Shown: positions 1-8,904 of the stretch, piece after piece
Layout: the number at the start of each line of letters is the position of its first letter
Numbering within the stretch: the stretch's first letter is position 1
From: Candidatus Eiseniibacteriota bacterium
GTDB lineage: Bacteria; Eisenbacteria; RBG-16-71-46; CAZEPH01
Direction: 5' to 3'
Assembly (NCBI GenBank): GCA_044229145.1
Contig: JBGATO010000044.1
Span: forward strand, 1-32,707
DNA: 32,707 bases
Program-made: the position numbers and the translations under genes
The notes under the pieces: generated by a model
The model's database searches: none
What the model was told of the DNA's origin: nothing
What the model saw: the letters and a program-made list of their open reading frames with translations, nothing else

Positions 1-2730
1 GGTCACGTCGATCGCGAAGCTGGCGCTGCCGCTCAGCAGGCCGTCGCTGGCGCTCAGCGTCACGCCGGCGTAGTGGCCGGCCTGCGTGTAGTCCGGCGTC
101 CAAGTGAGCACGCCCGTGCTCGGCGCGACCGACGCACCGCTCGGCAGCGACGAACCGCTCCAGGACACGATCGGGTCACCATCCGGGTCGCTCGCGCTCG
201 GCGTCACGGTCAGCAGGGCGTTCTCGGCGACCGTCTGGTCGCCGATGGCGCTCACCGTCGGCGCGTTGTTGACGAAGCTCGCGGCGATCGTGTGGTTCGC
301 GGTGACGCTGTTGAAGGTGTAGCTGGTGACCGCGCCGACGCTCACGCCGTCGACCAGCACGTCGGCCACGTGGTAGCCGGCCGCGGGCGTGATCGTGTAG
401 GCCTGCGAGCCGTTGAAGTCCACGGTCGTCGTGCCAGTGGGCGAAATCGATCCGTTCGCGCCAGCCGAAGCCGTGATCGCGAAGGTCGCGACCTCCCCGA
501 GCAGGAAATCGCTGAACGAGGTGAGCCCCGTGGCCTCCGTTGTGGTCGCCGTGCGGGTCCCGACGCTCGGGTTCGACCACGTGCCGGAGGTGTTCTTCGC
601 CGCGATCAAGTTGCTGGTGGTGGCGCCGCCGACGAGGTCGCCGGGGACGAACGTGAAGGTGGCCGCGTACGCCGGTGAGGTGATGCCGGCGTTGGTCAGC
701 GTCCACGACCGGTTCACGTACTTGCTGGCGCTGAGACCCGACGCGGCGGACGGCGCACCGCCGAGGGCAACGGTCGACGCGGTGAGTGTACCGCTGCCAC
801 CGAGACTGCTCAGCGCGACGGAGACCGGCGTGTAGTTCGAGGCGTCCCCGATTTCGAAGGCGTAGGTGGCCACGCTCGACACCGGCTTGCGCAGGTTGCC
901 GATGACGCGTCCGGAGCCGCTCCGCGTTACCGACGCGTTGGCAATCAGCGTGTTCGCGCCGGTGGTGATCGTGTTGGCACCGAGCGCCAGCGTCTGGTTG
1001 ACGGTGACATCGTTCGCGAGCGTGATGCCACCAGTGTTGCTGATGGTCAGGTAGTCGAAGCCGGTCGTCCCGGTGATCGACTTGCCAACCGTGCCGGTGA
1101 ACTCGACGGAGCGGCCGTTGGGCGTGAAGGCCGCGGCGCCGGTGCGGGTGAAGTTTCCGCCGATCTTCAGGTCGCCACCACTCAGATTGCCAAGCGACAC
1201 GTTGCCGGCCATCGAGAAGTCGCCGCCGACCGTCAGCACGCCGACGCCGGGGTTCGGGCTGCCGTAGTCCATGTAGAGCGCGCAGCCGTTGTCGACGGTA
1301 AGGTTCCCGGTGATCGTCCGCGCGGCGGTCAGGCTGCCGTTCGGATAGTTGAGCACGGTGTTGTTGCTCAACTGGACGTTGGCGGGATCCGTGGTCTTCC
1401 ACTCGTCACCGCGGCCGTAGGTGGCGTTGACGTTGTACTTCAGCGTCGACGCGGACCCGTACGTCGGCGCGCCGGTGACGAAGCCGCCGGCGTTGATTTG
1501 CAGCGTGCCATTGATCGTCAGGTTGTTCGCGTTCGTGATGCCGGCGGACGTCTGCACGACACCCGACACCGTGCGCGCGGCGTTGAGAGTAATGCCACCG
1601 GCTCCCGTGATGGTGACGTTCACCGGTCCGTTCGTCGACGGCCAGAACACATCGCTGCTGTTAACGCCGTACGAACCGGAAGTGTTACCGAACTGTAGGG
1701 TGCCATTGCTCCCGTACGTGAACGCCGTTCCGGTGGCCCACGAGCCTTGGTCGAGGCGGAAGGTGCCGGTGACGCGGAGGCTGGTCGCGCTGACGGTCAA
1801 CGTCTGTCCGCTGACACCGAGCGTGCCGTCGATGGTGTCCGCGAATGTAGACGCCAGCGTCACCGCGTTGGAGATCGTGACACTGCTGCCGCTCGCGACT
1901 TTGACCTGCTCGAAGGTCGTCGCGCTGCTACCGCTGATCGTCTTACTGGCGCCCGTGAAGCTGTAGACCTGCGTGCCGGTGCTATTGGTGAGCGTCCCAT
2001 TGTTGGTGAAGTTACCGGCGAAGGTCATCGTTCCGGTTTGGGTTGTGGTGAGGGTGACACCTGAACCGAGGGAGAAGTTGCCATTCACGGTGAGCGTCCC
2101 ACTGCCGGATGCTGTACCCGACCACGTCCCAGAGGTGCTCTCCAGCGTCAAGTTGCCGTAGCTGCGTCCCGACATCGAAATCGACGGGATCAACCCTGTC
2201 GCCCCGCGGTAGATGAACGTGCTGTTGGCGGACAGCGTGGCCGCGTTGAGCGGTGTCGAGATGCCTGAGGTCGTGTTGTGAATGTACGTCCCGCCGTCGT
2301 TCACCGCCCACGTCGCGCCGGACAAGAGCGTCCACGTCCCGCCGCTGTTCAACCATGTGCCGTTCACCGTCAGGTCCGTGCCGCTGCCATTCGCCAGAGT
2401 CCACGTAATGGTGGAGGCAACAGTGACCTGGCCGCCGGAGTCGACGGAGATTTGGTCGGCGACGAGGCCGGACGCGGAGATCGTCACCGTGTGCCCGCTG
2501 CGCACGGTGATTGCGTTCGCGGAGGAGTCGGGGGACGTCGCCGCGGCTGCCCAGGCGCTGCCGTTGTAGCGTTCCCACGTGGCGGCCGCGTTCCAGTTGC
2601 CGGTCGCGGCGCTGCGATAATCGTTCGTGGTTTGCGCGAGCGCGGTCTGCGCCGCGCTGGCAACTGCGAGAACGAGCACGACGACGCCGAGAATCCGACG
2701 AGTGAGGTGGGCCGGAAATGACGGGCGCAT
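1..2730 (-). CDS. Large secreted beta-rich adhesin-like surface protein (>910 aa, 3' end outside window) with an InlB-B/Flg_new-like repeat and a putative Ig (He_PIG/cadherin-like) domain
   Basis: Manual translation from ATG at 2730 (GGAGG RBS upstream) reads MRPSFPAHLTRRILGVVVLVLAVASAAQTALA-QTTNDYRSAATGNWNAAATWERYNG..., open to base 1 with no stop, which is why the ORF track misses it. Signal peptide; T/G/S/N-rich beta repeats; ITASAGANGSISP...YTITPAAGYHVADVLVDG at ~275-495; NNAPTVSAIGDQTVAEN...SDPDGD...LPSGASV...GVLTWTP at ~1-275. Confidence 0.85.
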   Translation of the reverse strand, partial: MRPSFPAHLTRRILGVVVLVLAVASAAQTALAQTTNDYRSAATGNWNAAATWERYNGSAWAAAATSPDSSANAITVRSGHTVTISASGLVADQISVDSGGQVTVASTITWTLANGSGTDLTVNGTWLNSGGTWTLLSGATWAVNDGGTYIHNTTSGISTPLNAATLSANSTFIYRGATGLIPSISMSGRSYGNLTLESTSGTWSGTASGSGTLTVNGNFSLGSGVTLTTTQTGTMTFAGNFTNNGTLTNSTGTQVYSFTGASKTISGSSATTFEQVKVASGSSVTISNAVTLASTFADTIDGTLGVSGQTLTVSATSLRVTGTFRLDQGSWATGTAFTYGSNGTLQFGNTSGSYGVNSSDVFWPSTNGPVNVTITGAGGITLNAARTVSGVVQTSAGITNANNLTINGTLQINAGGFVTGAPTYGSASTLKYNVNATYGRGDEWKTTDPANVQLSNNTVLNYPNGSLTAARTITGNLTVDNGCALYMDYGSPNPGVGVLTVGGDFSMAGNVSLGNLSGGDLKIGGNFTRTGAAAFTPNGRSVEFTGTVGKSITGTTGFDYLTISNTGGITLANDVTVNQTLALGANTITTGANTLIANASVTRSGSGRVIGNLRKPVSSVATYAFEIGDASNYTPVSVALSSLGGSGTLTASTVALGGAPSAASGLSASKYVNRSWTLTNAGITSPAYAATFTFVPGDLVGGATTSNLIAAKNTSGTWSNPSVGTRTATTTEATGLTSFSDFLLGEVATFAITASAGANGSISPTGTTTVDFNGSQAYTITPAAGYHVADVLVDGVSVGAVTSYTFNSVTANHTIAASFVNNAPTVSAIGDQTVAENALLTVTPSASDPDGDPIVSWSGSSLPSGASVAPSTGVLTWTPDYTQAGHYAGVTLSASDGLLSGSASFAIDVT

Positions 2731-2847
2731 GGAGCCTCCAAGACTCGAAGCACGAGTTGCGATCGCTGAAGCGGCAGGTCTCGCGAAGTGCGAGAAGAGG
2801 ATGTGTCGGGCGACGCGGGGAGCAGGGGGTCGCGTGGACAGCACTTA

Positions 2848-2877
2848 AGTGTAGCGGTCCACTCGCAAGCGCCGCAA
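2848..2877 (-). promoter_or_regulatory. Possible sigma-70 promoter for the 1-2730 gene
   Basis: Minus strand TTGCGG-N18-TACACT about 120 bp upstream of the ATG; overlaps the inverted repeat GTGGAC...GTCCAC (2834-2862). Confidence 0.3.
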
Positions 2878-3003
2878 CCTGGTTGAGGTTACGGCCGCAG
2901 GGGTAGGGCGAGGTGGCGCGAGGGCCGCGCCGAATCCTCGCACTCCGCGATAACTGACCCGAAGGTCATCAACTTGGATACGCCGAGAATTCCCGCCGGA
3001 GCC

Positions 3004-3038
3004 GGGCCAGGCCGCGAGGTCGACTCGCCGCCCGGCCC
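3004..3038 (-). terminator. GC-rich stem-loop just after the stop of the CSLREA gene (possible terminator)
   Basis: GGGCCAGGC...GCCCGGCCC arms with inner CGAG/CTCG pairing; no clear U-tract. Confidence 0.3.
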
Positions 3039-3046
3039 CGCCGGTG

Positions 3047-5950
3047 TTACCGCGTCAGCGACAGGCGACAGACCGCGACTGCCGCCCCCAGCTCGGCCCG
3101 GACGAAGTAGACACCCGCGGCCACCGGCTCGCCGCGATCGTCGCGTCCGTCCCACACGAGGGTGTGGTGCCCCGCTGCGGTCGGAGCGTCGCGCAGGATC
3201 CGCAGGCGGCGGCCAGCGGCGTCGTGGAGCGTGACGCGCGTCTGCCCGGCATTGTGTGCGTGCAGATACACTTGTGGCATGGACGCAGGCGCACCTGCCG
3301 CGACCGCAAACGTCCGCGGCGTGGACGGCGCCTCCACGGCGGTCGGCTGCGGGAGGGCAACCAGGCAGGGCGAGAACTCCGACGTGTTGCCGGCGGAGTC
3401 GGTCGCCGTCGCACTGAGCGTCGTCGCCGTGCCGAGATCGGTGACCGGCAGAGTCGCCGCGAGGATCGCGTTGCCGGCAGCGTTGCTGGTCACGTCGAAC
3501 GCGCCAAGATACACTGCGCCTTCGCCTTGACCACTTGGATCACATGCTACGTTGCCATACACGCAAATGCGACAGAGCATGGCCGGTGTGGTCGCCAGCG
3601 TGCCGGTGAGGATGAGACCGGCCGAGCCGACGGTCGCGCCGCTGAGGACCGGGAAGTTCATGCCGGCGTTGGCGCCGTTGTCGACATCGCCGGGATCGTT
3701 GACCGCGGGGCCGAGTGGTCCGAGGTCGATGCCCAAGCCGGCGTTGTCGTGGATCGCGTTGCCTTCGATGCGGACGCCTTGCGGGATCGGGTTGAACACG
3801 CGGACGCCGGAGCGGCTGTTATACGCGATCTCGTTCGCCTCGCCGGCCGCGAGGCCGCCGACGCGTGCGTTGGTGGAGAAGGCGGTGGAAAACACGCCAT
3901 CCAGCCCGTTCCCGAGCGGCTGCCCGTTCGCGGCGACGCCAATGCGGTTACCCAGCACCTCGATCTGCGCGGCACTGAGTTCGATCCCGGTCACGGCGTT
4001 CCCCGCGATGACGTTGCCGGCGCCGGGAGCGGAGCCCCCGATGGTGGTGACCGGCCCGCCGGCCGCCACGGCGAAGCTCCCACTCACGCCCGCGGTGCCG
4101 TTCGGAATCGCGGCTGTGCCGGTGGCGTCCGTGCCGATCCAGTTGCCCTGGATGACGGTCCCCGAGGCGTGCGACTCGACGTCGATGCCGGCGAGCGTGC
4201 AGCCAGAGATCAGGTTGCGCGCGGCCGGATCGGTGCCGCCGATCTGCGTGGCGGTCGACGAACCGAAGACCCAAATGCCGGTGCCGTTCGCAATGGCGGC
4301 AGTGCCGGCAGCGTTGGTGCCGATGCGGTTGCCCTGGATCACCGTCCCGGAAGACGCGTTCACGAGCACGCCAGTGCCGAACATCCCGGCGATCACGTTC
4401 CCCTCGCCCGCCGCGACGCCGCCGATGAGCGTGCTGGCGGCGTTCACCTCGACGGAGATGCCGTCGGTGCCGTTGCCCACGTCACCGTCGCCAGCCGCGT
4501 TCGTGCCGATGCGATTGCCCTGCACGATCGTCCCGCTGACGAAGCCGCCGCGCACGCGGACACCATCCTGCGAGTTCCCCGAGATCACGTTGCCGGCGCC
4601 CGCTGCCCCACCACCGATGCGGTTCCCCGCGCACGCCGCGGTGACGTTGAAGATCTCGATCCCGTCGCCGCCGTTGTGCAACTGCGCGGTTCCGCCGACA
4701 TTGGTGCCGATGCGATTGCCTTCGACGATGTTGGCGGAGCCAGTGATGAAGATGCCGTCGAGGCTGTTGCCGGAGATCACGTTCGGTGCAGCCGCCGAGC
4801 CGATGCGGTTGCTGTCGGAGAGCACGGCGATGCCGTTCTCTCGATTCCCGCGGAAGGTCGCGCCCGCCGCGTCGGTGCCGATGTAGCACAGGCCGACGGT
4901 CGCACCGCCGCCCTCGAGCGCGAGGCCGTTGTGGAACTGGCCGATCGCCAATCCGGCGATCGACACGTCGGGTGCGGTGACGCGCAGGCCGTCGGTGGCC
5001 GTCGGCGCACTCGCCCCGCTCATCTCGACGAGCGGCGCGCCGGCGAATCCCGCCTGCGAGGTCGCGTCGATCGCCATGGTCGTCGACACCACCGGCAGCG
5101 CAGCCGCCGGCTGCAGGTGGAACGGCGCGGTGCCAGGGATGGCGAAGCGGATCGAGTCGCTGCCGGCTTGCGCATTTGCCGCGTTGATCGCTTCCCGCAG
5201 GCTGCAATGCGTGGCATCGCAGACGCCGTCGTCGGCGTCGTCGGTGGTGGTGACGGTGAGGATGTGCGGGTTGGGCGGCGTGGCGACGGTGATGGTGGCA
5301 GTGCACATCAGGCCGCTGGTGGTGCAATGCAGGTCACGCTGATAGACGTAGAGGAAGTTGGTGCCGGTGACCAGGGGCACGCCGGTCTGCGTCGCGCAGG
5401 ACTGGCCGAAGAAATCGCCACCGCTGAAGCTGCCGCTGAGCGGTACGCCGTTGACATAGACGCCGACGGGATTCGGCTCGCCGGGCTCGTCGCCCAGGCG
5501 GTCGTCCACGGCCCAGCAGACGCTGACGTCGCCCACGGTGGCGCCGGGCGTCGTGACGGTGAAGCTGCACGCGTACAGGATCGACCCGACGTCGCCGTTA
5601 CACGTGCCGGTCTTCTCGTGGGCGATCCAGCGCGCTTGCGGGTCGCTGGGAAGACCGCTGATCCAGAAGCCTCCGAAGGGCGCGACGACGCGGGCGGGCG
5701 GTCCAGCGACGGCATCGGCGAAATCGGTAGCCGAGAACGCGGCGCCACGCATCGGCTGCGAGCACGGCGCCATTGCGACTGGATTGTACGTCCACCGGTC
5801 GTCGAAGTCGGGGCAGGCGCCCGGGACGCCGCCGCTGAGTCCGGTGCGGACCGTGATGACTTCGAGGGCTGCCGCCCTGGTCGCTGCTCCCAGTGCCCCG
5901 AACAGGACGATGCCGGTCAGGATTGCCGCGTTCCACCATGTCCGTCGCAT
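3047..5950 (-). CDS. Secreted CSLREA-domain / right-handed parallel beta-helix protein with C-terminal FlgD-Ig (T9SS-CTD-like) domain, 967 aa
   Basis: Signal peptide; VTTTDDADDGVCDATHCSLREAINAAN motif; repeated IQGNRIGTNAAG / GNVISGN units; C-terminal HDAAGRRLRIL...VWDGRDDRGEPVAAGVYFVR; GGAG RBS. Confidence 0.88.
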   Translation of the reverse strand: MRRTWWNAAILTGIVLFGALGAATRAAALEVITVRTGLSGGVPGACPDFDDRWTYNPVAMAPCSQPMRGAAFSATDFADAVAGPPARVVAPFGGFWISGLPSDPQARWIAHEKTGTCNGDVGSILYACSFTVTTPGATVGDVSVCWAVDDRLGDEPGEPNPVGVYVNGVPLSGSFSGGDFFGQSCATQTGVPLVTGTNFLYVYQRDLHCTTSGLMCTATITVATPPNPHILTVTTTDDADDGVCDATHCSLREAINAANAQAGSDSIRFAIPGTAPFHLQPAAALPVVSTTMAIDATSQAGFAGAPLVEMSGASAPTATDGLRVTAPDVSIAGLAIGQFHNGLALEGGGATVGLCYIGTDAAGATFRGNRENGIAVLSDSNRIGSAAAPNVISGNSLDGIFITGSANIVEGNRIGTNVGGTAQLHNGGDGIEIFNVTAACAGNRIGGGAAGAGNVISGNSQDGVRVRGGFVSGTIVQGNRIGTNAAGDGDVGNGTDGISVEVNAASTLIGGVAAGEGNVIAGMFGTGVLVNASSGTVIQGNRIGTNAAGTAAIANGTGIWVFGSSTATQIGGTDPAARNLISGCTLAGIDVESHASGTVIQGNWIGTDATGTAAIPNGTAGVSGSFAVAAGGPVTTIGGSAPGAGNVIAGNAVTGIELSAAQIEVLGNRIGVAANGQPLGNGLDGVFSTAFSTNARVGGLAAGEANEIAYNSRSGVRVFNPIPQGVRIEGNAIHDNAGLGIDLGPLGPAVNDPGDVDNGANAGMNFPVLSGATVGSAGLILTGTLATTPAMLCRICVYGNVACDPSGQGEGAVYLGAFDVTSNAAGNAILAATLPVTDLGTATTLSATATDSAGNTSEFSPCLVALPQPTAVEAPSTPRTFAVAAGAPASMPQVYLHAHNAGQTRVTLHDAAGRRLRILRDAPTAAGHHTLVWDGRDDRGEPVAAGVYFVRAELGAAVAVCRLSLTR
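4000..4830 (-). repeat. Intragenic degenerate repeats (about 60-65 aa units) encoding beta-helix coils
   Basis: GCCGATgcgrTTGCCCTG-like words recur at about 4133, 4319, 4506 and 4706 (protein GNxIGT...GNVIxGN). Confidence 0.7.
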
Positions 5951-6073
5951 GTGTTGTCTCCCCGTGTCGAGACCGCCGAAGGGCGGTTGGCTTCGGAAAG
6001 ACGCGCCGAACCAGCAGGAAACCGGACACGGGCAGCCGGAGAAAATGTGGAGGCGGTACCGGCGGCGGCGAAA

Positions 6074-8782
6074 CTACCGCAGGATCAAGACGCGAGCGCC
6101 GTCGCGGGCTGGGCGGCCGACGGGAACGACGTGGTACACACCCGGGGCCAGGACGTGCCCGGCATCGTCGCGGCCGTCCCAGGCGATCTCGCGCGCCCCG
6201 TCCGGCACCGCGAGGTCGCGGACGCGGCGGCCGGCGATGTCGTACACGGCAAGCCGGGGGCTGCGTCCCGCGTCCCGGAGGCGCAGATGGATCGCATGGC
6301 CGGCTTGCGCAGGTTGCGGGGCGACGCGGAGCCATGCGTTGCGTTCCGCGCCACTGGGCTCCCCCACCGCTGTCACAACCGGCGGCGTCGTGATCCACTG
6401 CGGCGGCGCGCCGTCCAGCGCGTTCGCCGACCACCAGCCGTTGAGCGTGCCGCCTTCGAGCACGGCGACGGTGACGCTGTCCCCCACCGCCGGCGCCAGC
6501 GGCCAACCGGTGAAGGGATCGAGCGCGCCGGCGAGTTCCATCGCCCAGGTGACGTCGGTCGGCGTGAGCAGGCCGACCGGCGTCGACGCGACCTCACCGC
6601 GCCGCACCCACGCCAGCACGGCGACGTAGTTGGTGTGCAGCGTGTCGTTGCGCGGCAGGTCGCCGAGCACGACGTAGGACGGCACGGCGGAGTCGCCCGC
6701 CGCGGTACGGAACTCGAACAGCGGGCCGCGCTGCGCGGTGGCGGTGCCGCATCCGCGAACCCGCACGCTGTAGAGCGTCGCCGGCGTGAGACCGGTGAGC
6801 GGCACGTGATGCACGGTGCGCGGCGCCGCGGTGACCTCGGTGGCGGTGAGCGTCGGCGCGAGTCCGGGGCCGTAGTCGATCACGCCGATCGTCGGCGTCG
6901 TCGTCGTCCAGAACACCGACGCGGTGGTCGCCGTGAGGTTCGCCGGGAAGACGTGCGAGATGCCGCTGCTGCACAGCGTGAACGCCGGACTCACGTTGCA
7001 GGACGTGCGGCCGCCGGTGTGCCAGAAGATGAGGCGGAGTTGCGCGGTGCTGGTCGTCGTGCCGTCCGGCGTCCACGCGAGCAGGCTGTCGCCGCCGGCG
7101 ATGGTCGCCAAGCGTTCGGGGAACGTGAGACCGCCGTCGCGCGACAGCAGCACGTGGGTCGAGTCGAGCGCGGCGGGCACCGACGGGTGCCAGCGCAATG
7201 TGTCGAGGACGCCGAGTTCGAAGCTCTGGCCGGTCGTGGGCGCGTCGACCACCGGCGCGGCGAGCGCCACCGGTGTCGAATCGCCGCCGGGCGCCAGCAC
7301 CTCGCGGATGTCATCGACGTTGAGATGTCCCCACGGGCCGCGCGCCCAATCCATCATCTGGATGTAGACCTGCTGACCGCGCAGCGCGCCGGTGGCCCAC
7401 GTGCGACGTTCGAGCAGATCGGTACGCTGACCGCTCTCGCTGTGCAGCACGCGCCCGGTGCACGGATCGCAGACGCGCAGCGCGGTGGAATCCGGATTGT
7501 CGCCGCCGGCAACCAGCGCCGTCAGACTGTCGCCGGTGAGGGCGAAGACCTTGGTTTGCGCGACGCCGGTGATGGTGTCACCGAGTGCCTGGCCGGGCGT
7601 GCCGAGTTGCAGCGGTCCCTGCCAGCCTTCCGCCGTGCCCATCCAGCCGAACGCCTCTTGCTGCACCGCCGGACGCGACTTGACGCGTGAATCGAGAAAC
7701 GTCGACTGCTCGATGAATGCCAGCCCGTTCCAGGTCCAGCGCGGGAATGGCTGCGCGAACCGCGGCACCGGCAACGTCCCGTTCCACGTCAGCGTGTCGA
7801 TCTTGACGAAGAAGCGCGTGGTGTCGTTGACGGTTTCGGCGCGATGGCGCGAGAACCACGTGCGGCCGTTCGCCGGATCGGTGGATGCGGCGAGCGCGGC
7901 GCCGCGGTCGACGATGACGCGCGCGTTGTAGTTCCACGGCCCACTGAAATTGCTCGCGGTCATCGCCGCGATGCCCGACACGTTCGCCTCGGTGAACGAC
8001 AGCGACCACTGGCCGTTGTGCTGCAGCATGAGCGGCGACTCGAGCGCGTACGAACTGGTCGGGCCACTTGGGTGGATGAGCAGCGCGCCGCGATCGGTCC
8101 AGTGCAGGAGATCGGTGGACGACGCGTAGCCGATCGAGCCTTTGCCGTACGTCGACGCGGCGGTGTACGCCATGTACCACGTCGACCCGACCTGCCACAG
8201 CGATGGATCGCGGCAGTCCGCCCATTGGCCGGGGCGCCAGTTCGTCCACGTGGTGTCCGGCTGGAACACGGGATTGCCGGCGTACGGCGTCCAGGTGAAG
8301 AGATCGTGCGAGGTGGCGACGCCGATGCGCTGCGTGTTCGTCATGTCGACACCGGTGTAGAACATGTAGTAGAGCGTGTCGGCGAAGTTGACGATCTCGG
8401 GCGCCCAATGGGCGTTGGCATCCCAGGCGCCCGGCTGCACCGGCAGGATGCCCGGCTGCACGGTCCAATGGATGAAGTCGGTGGTGGTGGCGTGGCCGAG
8501 GGTGTCCTGCAACACGGCCGACGCGGTGCCGTAGGGCCCCATCGTGTAGAACATGTGCCAGACGTCGCCGCGCTTGATCATGCAGTGGTCGGCCACCGTG
8601 TGGCGCGGATCGACGAAGTACGCCTGTTCGAAATCCTCGCGGAAGAGCGCATGCGCCGGCCGCGCCAGGCCGGCGGCACACGCCAGCAGGGCAAGGGCGA
8701 GCAGCCCTCCGCGCGCAGCGACGCGACGGACGGCATGCAACGATTGCATCAAGGAGTGCGCGGGGGAGCCAACGCGCGGCAT
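6074..8782 (-). CDS. Secreted multidomain glycoside hydrolase: GH32/clan GH-J-like five-bladed propeller, beta-sandwich, FN3-like domain and C-terminal FlgD-Ig domain, ~902 aa
   Basis: Signal peptide (ARPAHA); ADHCM, WHMFY, LGHATTTDFIHW, WAPEI, CRDP and LESP motifs; GGDN...WGHLNVDDI module; HHVPLTGLTPATLYSVRV FN3-like; YDIAGRRVRDL...WDGRDDAG...GVY C-terminus. Exact start codon uncertain. Confidence 0.8.
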   Translation of the reverse strand: MPRVGSPAHSLMQSLHAVRRVAARGGLLALALLACAAGLARPAHALFREDFEQAYFVDPRHTVADHCMIKRGDVWHMFYTMGPYGTASAVLQDTLGHATTTDFIHWTVQPGILPVQPGAWDANAHWAPEIVNFADTLYYMFYTGVDMTNTQRIGVATSHDLFTWTPYAGNPVFQPDTTWTNWRPGQWADCRDPSLWQVGSTWYMAYTAASTYGKGSIGYASSTDLLHWTDRGALLIHPSGPTSSYALESPLMLQHNGQWSLSFTEANVSGIAAMTASNFSGPWNYNARVIVDRGAALAASTDPANGRTWFSRHRAETVNDTTRFFVKIDTLTWNGTLPVPRFAQPFPRWTWNGLAFIEQSTFLDSRVKSRPAVQQEAFGWMGTAEGWQGPLQLGTPGQALGDTITGVAQTKVFALTGDSLTALVAGGDNPDSTALRVCDPCTGRVLHSESGQRTDLLERRTWATGALRGQQVYIQMMDWARGPWGHLNVDDIREVLAPGGDSTPVALAAPVVDAPTTGQSFELGVLDTLRWHPSVPAALDSTHVLLSRDGGLTFPERLATIAGGDSLLAWTPDGTTTSTAQLRLIFWHTGGRTSCNVSPAFTLCSSGISHVFPANLTATTASVFWTTTTPTIGVIDYGPGLAPTLTATEVTAAPRTVHHVPLTGLTPATLYSVRVRGCGTATAQRGPLFEFRTAAGDSAVPSYVVLGDLPRNDTLHTNYVAVLAWVRRGEVASTPVGLLTPTDVTWAMELAGALDPFTGWPLAPAVGDSVTVAVLEGGTLNGWWSANALDGAPPQWITTPPVVTAVGEPSGAERNAWLRVAPQPAQAGHAIHLRLRDAGRSPRLAVYDIAGRRVRDLAVPDGAREIAWDGRDDAGHVLAPGVYHVVPVGRPARDGARVLILR

Positions 8783-8875
8783 CGGGATCTAAGGCACGAG
8801 CTGTGGCGTGTCACACGATGTGGGCAGTGGCGGCGAACCGGAGGGTGATCAACGGCGCCGCGATTCCGTCTTGCG

Positions 8876-8904
8876 AGTATGCCGGAGCGGGCGCCGCCGG
8901 ACAA
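8876..8904 (-). promoter_or_regulatory. Possible sigma-70 promoter for the GH gene
   Basis: Minus strand TTGTCC-N17-CATACT in the divergent intergenic region. Confidence 0.4.

Noticed and set aside
73..2906. Many short ORF-track calls on both strands
   Set aside because: All overlap the real minus-strand frame 2730 to <1 and are off-frame or antisense artefacts.
3047..3346. FlgD-like domain as a true flagellar hook-cap gene
   Set aside because: It is only the C-terminal Ig module of a large Sec-secreted protein and lacks the FlgD N-terminal region; proximity to flagellar genes is probably coincidental.
4000..4830. Repeats as a CRISPR array or DGR template/variable pair
   Set aside because: They are in-frame, degenerate protein-coding beta-helix repeats; no reverse transcriptase is present and no adenine-specific pattern was noticed.
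5951..6073. Possible ECF-type promoter (TGTCC...CGTC) and small hairpin upstream of the CSLREA gene
   Set aside because: Match too short to separate from GC-rich background without a known cognate sigma factor.
3044..7690. 1548-aa plus-strand ORF
   Set aside because: Antisense shadow of two well-supported minus-strand genes; Arg/Gly/Ala-rich with no motifs, as expected from stop-poor high-GC DNA.
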